Positions 58,330 to 64,000 of a stretch of 64,000 bases of DNA are shown one piece after another. Made by a program: the position numbers and the translations under genes. Every line of letters begins with the position of its first letter. The first letter of the stretch is position 1. The notes under the pieces were generated by a model. It saw nothing but the letters and a program-made list of their open reading frames with translations, was not told the origin of the DNA and made no database searches. The stretch comes from an uncultured cyanobacterium (GTDB lineage Bacteria > Cyanobacteriota > Cyanobacteriia > Pseudanabaenales > Pseudanabaenaceae), in assembly GCA_963703315.1 (NCBI GenBank), contig OY969811.1, positions 3,680,001-3,744,000 of the forward strand, in the 5' to 3' direction.

Positions 58330-59091
58330 TCTATTCTGGACTTTATGCTTGATAGAAGTAGCATGATTTGTAAGTTCTAAAGAATTCCAAAAAGAACGTA
58401 TTTGCTTGCTCAAGGGTTGCCATTGAAAGTAATGAAAAAAGTGCTTGCCCTGCTCACTTAACCAAAGGCGATCGCTTTCCTTAAGATGTGATTTCCATTT
58501 GTGATAAGCATTTTCGCCGCCACCAATTACATAATCATCCGATGCGCCACAGACTAGCATTGGCACTGAGATCGTTGTGGGGGCGATATAGGTGGGCGCA
58601 TAGAGAGAATGGGGAATCAAAGAATTGTCAAGATCTTGCTGGAGTAAGTTAGCTAGCCAATGCAGCATTTCTTTGTCACGATAGCCGAATAGATAGAAAG
58701 CATTTCGCATCAACATCGTTTCGCGACTGCAACTGAGTAACTGACGCTGCTCGTAATAGTGACTATGCCAACTAGTTGCCAAATTTACGCCTACCGACAA
58801 TAAAGTTAGCGATCGCACCTGTTCAGGATATTGACGTGCGTAAAGCCAACTGACTAAACCAGCAATGCCATGCCCCACTAAATGCACAGCCCCTTGAGTT
58901 TGTAAGTATTCATGGAGGGCGGCGATCGCCAAATTCAGATCAATTGGTTCATCGGGGTTTTGGCAATATTCCCATTGAGCGATCGCATATTGACGGGATA
59001 GCGATCGCAGCAAGGGCAAATCAAAACGTCGTAAAGATTGACTAGTACAAATTCCGACAACTTGAGGCTGGCTTGACTGTCTAAAGGACAT
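58327..59091 (-). CDS. isiC: Alpha/beta hydrolase, IsiC-like (iron stress)
   Basis: SLRRFDLPLLR.LS, QWEYCQNPDEP, VHLVGHGIAG, YARQYPEQVRSLTLL; Fur-like boxes upstream. Confidence 0.7.
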   Translation of the reverse strand: MSFRQSSQPQVVGICTSQSLRRFDLPLLRSLSRQYAIAQWEYCQNPDEPIDLNLAIAALHEYLQTQGAVHLVGHGIAGLVSWLYARQYPEQVRSLTLLSVGVNLATSWHSHYYEQRQLLSCSRETMLMRNAFYLFGYRDKEMLHWLANLLQQDLDNSLIPHSLYAPTYIAPTTISVPMLVCGASDDYVIGGGENAYHKWKSHLKESDRLWLSEQGKHFFHYFQWQPLSKQIRSFWNSLELTNHATSIKHKVQNR

Positions 59092-59097
59092 AGATTT

Positions 59098-59116
59098 ATT
59101 GATAAATATTATTAAT
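59098..59116. promoter_or_regulatory. Fur-like box 1
   Basis: ATTGATAAATATTATTAAT, 7 nt from the start codon. Confidence 0.55.
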
Positions 59117-59215
59117 AATTTACTGGCGAAGATCTATAGAGATAAAGGTAATTCGTGAATTTATATCCTGACCGTAGTTGTCTCTAAATGCTCTCGAATA
59201 ATTGATGATTGCTTT

Positions 59216-59323
59216 TATAGCCAAGCAAGTTAAGACATAAACCCAAAAGAGAGTTGCGGCGCTTCGCGCCGCAACTCTCTTTTGGGTTTTGGTTTTGTCC
59301 TGACATAACCGACTACAGCTATA
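59216..59323. mobile_element. MITE family B copy
   Basis: Ends TATAGC...GCTATA; hairpin AAACCCAAAAGAGAGTTGCGGCGC-TTC-GCGCCGCAACTCTCTTTTGGGTTT. Confidence 0.85.
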
Positions 59324-59476
59324 AAAAAAGAAATGAGTGACAAATACTTATTTAAAAGCTGTTTCAGCAATCTTGGTAAAAAAGGCATCTGGTCACTCAT
59401 TCCTGTCAACGCATTTGAACTACAAAAAATAATGAGATGGACTTGAGTCAAATATCCATTTCAGAACTTGACTGCT

Positions 59477-59506
59477 ATCTTAACCTTATTGATTATATTT
59501 ATCAAT
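59477..59506 (-). promoter_or_regulatory. Promoter TTGATA-17-TAAGAT overlapped by Fur-like box 2
   Basis: Minus strand: TTGATA (59505-59500), 17 nt, TAAGAT (59482-59477); box ATTGATAAATATAATCAAT at 59506-59488. Confidence 0.6.
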
Positions 59507-59583
59507 AGTAATTTAAAAATCAAGTAGAGAGTTGCGGTGCAACTCTCTACTTTGTCCCACATCAGACGACGCTTTGAGCCGTC

Positions 59584-60810
59584 TTATTTAGCAGTCTGGT
59601 GTAAACCCATCATGAAATACATTAAAATGCGCTTTAGGGGTGAAATTTGCAGAATTAGCAACCCAAAACGGCGCAATATCTTCAAAAACCAATTATGGTT
59701 AGAAAAAAGACGGTTAGAAATATCAGTGACCCAAATTACGCCCAAATTATCCCATTTACGTTTTGATTGGTAGCGCTTTAAAACGGCGATCGCCCCTAGA
59801 TCCTCATGATTTTGATGGGCAGCTTTCAACACATTGGCTAAGGCATTAACATCACGGATACCAAGATTCATCCCCTGACCTGCGATCGGATGTGTAGTAT
59901 GAGCAGCATCACCAATGAGGGCTAAACGGGGCTGAATATAGGTTTGGCTATGCATCCAACGGGGGACATAGTTAGCCCGTTCACGGGAAATTACTTTAAT
60001 ATTACCCAGCCTGTCCATCAGAGGCTTACCAAAGCGTTGTGCTAACTCTTGCAAAAATGTTGGTTCATCAAGGGCTAGCAACTGCGGTGTTTCCTCGGTG
60101 GTTGCTGTCCAGACGATACAAGCGCGATCGCTACCTAAGGGCAAAATCGCAAAAGGTCCACTAGCTTGAAAGCGTTCATAGGCAAAATTTTGATGGGGCT
60201 GATCGGATTGAATCGTAGTGACAATACAGGTTTGTGGGTAGAGGCGTTGATCAATTTCAATATTTGCTAATTGCCGCACTAGCGATCGCCCACCGTCAGC
60301 ACCGACTAATAATTTCGTTTCTAGATACTGCTCACCGATTTCAGAGCTTATTTTCACCCGCATGACATCGCGATCGCTTAGATGTTCGATATCTAAGATT
60401 TTGGCAGGGCAGATTAATTCAAGGTTGGAGCATTCCCGCGCAAATTCCCATAATGAAGCAAGCGTTACCGCATTTTCGACAATATAGCCTAATGCCTCCT
60501 GCCCCATGTCCTCGCGGCGCAATTGGACTTGATAGGGCAGATCTCCCTCAGAAACTTGGATCGTATGCATGGGCGTAACGCCTCGGCGCTGCATTCCACC
60601 CCAGACCCCGATATGTTGCCAAATTTGACTAGATCCCAAGGCGATCGCACTAGCACGACCATCAGACGTAAATTCTCCGCGCCAGAAATTACCATTACCT
60701 TCAATAATACCGACCTTAAGATCACGGTTTGAAGGGCAATTTTTGTCGCCTAGCGCACAGGCTAAACTTGCGCCCACCATTCCTGCACCGACAATAAGCA
60801 CATCAAACAT
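59584..60810 (-). CDS. ubiH: UbiH/UbiF/Coq6-family FAD-dependent hydroxylase
   Basis: DVLIVGAGMVG, DGRASA, LVGADGGRS, GPFAILP, IGDAAH..HPIAGQGMNLG. Confidence 0.85.
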   Translation of the reverse strand: MFDVLIVGAGMVGASLACALGDKNCPSNRDLKVGIIEGNGNFWRGEFTSDGRASAIALGSSQIWQHIGVWGGMQRRGVTPMHTIQVSEGDLPYQVQLRREDMGQEALGYIVENAVTLASLWEFARECSNLELICPAKILDIEHLSDRDVMRVKISSEIGEQYLETKLLVGADGGRSLVRQLANIEIDQRLYPQTCIVTTIQSDQPHQNFAYERFQASGPFAILPLGSDRACIVWTATTEETPQLLALDEPTFLQELAQRFGKPLMDRLGNIKVISRERANYVPRWMHSQTYIQPRLALIGDAAHTTHPIAGQGMNLGIRDVNALANVLKAAHQNHEDLGAIAVLKRYQSKRKWDNLGVIWVTDISNRLFSNHNWFLKILRRFGLLILQISPLKRILMYFMMGLHQTAK

Positions 60811-60875
60811 TGTTTAAATCACTTTTGAGGTTATTTTTTATGGCTATTGACAGCACCCTGCACCGCCAATATAGC

Positions 60876-60984
60876 TATAGCCATTTTAGTTAAGACATAA
60901 AACCCAAAAGAGAGTTGCGGCGCTCCGCGCCGCAACTCTCTTTTGGGTTTTGGTTTTGTCCTAACATAACTGGCTACCGCTATA
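60876..60984. mobile_element. MITE family B copy
   Basis: Near-identical to 59216-59323 in the same orientation; loop TCC. Confidence 0.85.
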
Positions 60985-61344
60985 AATCTTTGTATTTACT
61001 CATTATCGCTATTTTGTAAAGAAATATTGCAGAAACAAAGATATTTTTAACTATGGCGATAGTTAATGGCTCTAGGTCTGTAAAAAACAAATTCCAAATT
61101 TAAAGCAGAAATCATGCTCATAACTAGCAAAAACAGCTACAACTAACTAGTAAGTGGACTGGTATGGTATAGAAAACTATAGAGATTTTATGCTTGCCTC
61201 CTACTTAAGATTTCTGACTCTGTAACGACATTGCCTCAATACAATACAAATACAACCTTTGTTAACTGATAGTTGGGCAACAGAAGAGGACATCTTAAAA
61301 GTGGGAAAATTTTGGACTAGAAAGAAAATTTTGGAGAAAGTTGG

Positions 61345-64000
61345 ATGAGTTCCCCAGCAGCACTGTCAGCGTCATTAGTACAGATAGTCAATATAGAGAG
61401 CGATCTGCGTGCCGCTAATTCTCGTTTACGATATCGTCTCAAGCTAGTCGAGGATTTGTGGGAATCAGTCCTATTCAGAGAAAGTGGGCAAGAATTAGTC
61501 GATCTATTGCGCCAACTACGCGCCATGTGTTCCCCAGAAGGACAGGCTCCTGAATATCCTGCCCAAGAAGTTTTAAAAGTTGTCGAAAGCCTTGACTTAC
61601 ATCAAGCAACTACCGCCGCCCGCGCCTTTGCTCTGTTTTTTCAATTGATCAACATTGTTGAACAAGACCATGAGCAGGAGCAAACCAGCATTCATCGGAT
61701 TAGCCCTATTAATAGCGAAGCGGAATATCCCGTTGGCACATTTCGTTGGCTATTTCCTGAACTCAAGAAGCTGAATGTGCCACCACGTCAGATCCAAAAG
61801 GTGATCGATAATCTTGATATTCGACTCGTATTTACGGCTCACCCTACGGAAATTGTGCGGCATACTATCCGTGAGAAGCAACGGACGATCGCTAAGATGC
61901 TCAAGGAGCTAGATCGGATTATTGGCTTTAAGGGGGATGAACTCGCCACTCAAGCGATCGCCCTGAACTGGGAAGCCGCCTCATTGCAAGAGCAAATTGC
62001 TGAGGAAATTCGGCTCTGGTGGCGTACTGACGAGCTAAATCAAATCAAGCCCACAGTTCTAGACGAAGCTGACTATACCCTGCACTATTTTGAGGAAGTC
62101 CTATTTGATGCGATTCCTGTGCTTTACGATCGCATCGCTTCTGCAATTTCCGTCACGTTTCCTAAGCTGAAAATGCCGCGCTATGACTTTTGTAAATTTG
62201 GCTCATGGGTCGGCAGCGATCGCGATGGCAACCCTTATGTCACGCCCGAAGTCACATGGCAGACTGCCTGCTATCAGCGCAATCTCGTCCTGAATAAATA
62301 TATTAAGTCCGTTGATCGCCTCAGTCGATTACTATCCCTATCGCAAAGCCTCAGTGATGTTTCTGAAGATCTGCTTAACTCCCTTGGTGACGATCAAATT
62401 CATCTACCTGAAGTCTACGAAAAACATTCGATCAAGTTTCGGCAAGAGCCTTATCGTCTGAAGCTAGCCTATGTCAAGGCGCGTCTCGAAAGTACTCGCG
62501 ATCGCAACCAAAAGTTACGCCATAGTGGTTGGCAAGCCTCCGAAATGGAGCTATCCACTAAGGGACAAGAGCATCAGATCTATACCAATGTTTCGGAATT
62601 TCTGGCTGAGCTAAAACTGATCCAAGCAAGTTTAATCGAAACCAAACTCAATCCTAAGCCCCTTGAAAACCTGATCCGTCAAGTTGATGTCTATGGCTTT
62701 CATCTAGCCCATCTAGATATTCGGCAGGAAAGTACGCAGCATAGCAATACGATCGCCGAAATTGCAGCATCGCTCCAGCTTTTAGATAAACCTTATGATG
62801 ACCTCACTGAACCTGAAAAGGTGGTTTGGTTAACTCAGGAGTTAAAAACACGCCGCCCGATGATTCCTGCCAAGCTCCACTTCAGCCCCAAAACCAACGA
62901 AATTATCGAAACTTTTCGGATGGTGGCGAATGTGCAGCAAGAATTTTCAGTGGCAATTTGCAATAACTACGTGATCAGCATGAACCGTAGTGTCAGCGAT
63001 ATTCTGGAAGTATTACTACTTGCCAAAGAAGCAGGGCTTTACGATCCTGCAACGGGTAAAGGTACTCTCAGCATTGCGCCTTTATTTGAAACGGTGGAAG
63101 ATTTGCAGAGCGCCCCACCGATTATGACGGAGTTATTTGAGTTGCCACTTTATCGTGACTATCTCGAAAGCCATGAACATCTGCAAGAGGTGATGCTGGG
63201 ATATTCTGATAGCAATAAGGATTCGGGCTTTTTAAGCAGCAATTGGGAAATTTATAAAGCTCAGCGTGCCTTGCAAGATGTTTGTCAAAAATATCAAGTC
63301 GATCTGCGGATGTTTCATGGACGCGGTGGATCGGTCGGACGCGGTGGTGGTCCTACTTATGAAGCAATCTTGGCACAACCCGGACGGAGCATTGAAGGGC
63401 GCATCAAAATTACGGAACAGGGGGAAGTACTTGCTTCTAAGTATTCTTTGCCTGAGATTGCGCTGTACAACCTTGAGACGATTACCACTGCTGTCATCCA
63501 AGCAGCGCTATTACCTAGTAGTACCGATACGCTCGACTGTTGGTTAGATACGATGGAAAACATTTCCACGCGATCGCGCCAAGTTTATCGTCAGTTAATT
63601 TACGAGCAACCCAATTTGGTGGAATTTTTTCATCAAGTCACGCCGATTGAAGAAATCAGTCAGTTACAAATTAGCTCCCGTCCTGCCCGCCGTGCAGGAA
63701 AACGCGATCTAGCAAGCTTAAGGGCAATTCCTTGGGTCTTTAGCTGGACACAGAGCCGATTTTTATTGCCATCTTGGTATGGCATCGGTGCAGCCCTTGA
63801 AGAGTTTCTCCAAGAAAATCCTGCTGGTCATTTATCATTGCTGCAATATTTCTACAGCAAGTGGCCATTCTTTAAAACGGTGATCTCGCGGGTAGAGATG
63901 ACGATCGCTAAGACCGACTTGCAGATCGCGCATCATTATATGCGGGAGTTGACTAAAGAGGGCTATGAAGAAGCTTTTGTGGATATTTTTGCGGAAATTC
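61345..64000 (+). CDS. ppc: Phosphoenolpyruvate carboxylase (3' end runs off the window)
   Basis: Not in the ORF track. ATG at 61345 ([18 protein letters not shown]); [61 protein letters not shown]. Confidence 0.97.
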   Translation, partial: MSSPAALSASLVQIVNIESDLRAANSRLRYRLKLVEDLWESVLFRESGQELVDLLRQLRAMCSPEGQAPEYPAQEVLKVVESLDLHQATTAARAFALFFQLINIVEQDHEQEQTSIHRISPINSEAEYPVGTFRWLFPELKKLNVPPRQIQKVIDNLDIRLVFTAHPTEIVRHTIREKQRTIAKMLKELDRIIGFKGDELATQAIALNWEAASLQEQIAEEIRLWWRTDELNQIKPTVLDEADYTLHYFEEVLFDAIPVLYDRIASAISVTFPKLKMPRYDFCKFGSWVGSDRDGNPYVTPEVTWQTACYQRNLVLNKYIKSVDRLSRLLSLSQSLSDVSEDLLNSLGDDQIHLPEVYEKHSIKFRQEPYRLKLAYVKARLESTRDRNQKLRHSGWQASEMELSTKGQEHQIYTNVSEFLAELKLIQASLIETKLNPKPLENLIRQVDVYGFHLAHLDIRQESTQHSNTIAEIAASLQLLDKPYDDLTEPEKVVWLTQELKTRRPMIPAKLHFSPKTNEIIETFRMVANVQQEFSVAICNNYVISMNRSVSDILEVLLLAKEAGLYDPATGKGTLSIAPLFETVEDLQSAPPIMTELFELPLYRDYLESHEHLQEVMLGYSDSNKDSGFLSSNWEIYKAQRALQDVCQKYQVDLRMFHGRGGSVGRGGGPTYEAILAQPGRSIEGRIKITEQGEVLASKYSLPEIALYNLETITTAVIQAALLPSSTDTLDCWLDTMENISTRSRQVYRQLIYEQPNLVEFFHQVTPIEEISQLQISSRPARRAGKRDLASLRAIPWVFSWTQSRFLLPSWYGIGAALEEFLQENPAGHLSLLQYFYSKWPFFKTVISRVEMTIAKTDLQIAHHYMRELTKEGYEEAFVDIFAEI

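Noticed and set aside
59216..60984. Two family B MITEs flanking ubiH as a composite transposon
   Set aside because: The cargo is a core gene and these repeats are dense in the window, so chance flanking is sufficient.

Overview
Core-chromosome window from a cyanobacterium. The abundant HIP1 octamer GCGATCGC, psbD/psbC, acsF, ycf54 and ycf65 establish this; the sequence style suggests a Pseudanabaena-like filamentous strain (inference). Housekeeping genes include an SLH porin, nblB-like HEAT protein, glk, pdxH, psbD, psbC, grpE-dnaK, accD, nagA, aas, hfq, ubiH-family hydroxylase, partial ppc and tRNA-Pro(UGG). There is one intact ISAs1 element with 28-bp TIRs and a 9-bp TSD, and a toxin-antitoxin cluster at about 43.9-48.8 kb. 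Many small TA-flanked palindromic MITE/REP-like repeats occur, one inserted in-frame in a gene. Most interesting signals: (1) a ~430-nt structured, switch-like leader with a candidate uORF upstream of a DHS-like homospermidine synthase gene; (2) a low-oxygen island (pflA, adhE, ho2-hemN-hemerythrin-acsF) with a bacteriohemerythrin inside the tetrapyrrole operon; (3) an MCP paired with an apparently catalytically dead CheA; (4) HIP1-bounded direct repeats separating TA cassettes; (5) repeat families whose hairpins show compensatory substitutions and GNA-type triloops. All calls come from reading the sequence and recalled motifs; no searches were run.
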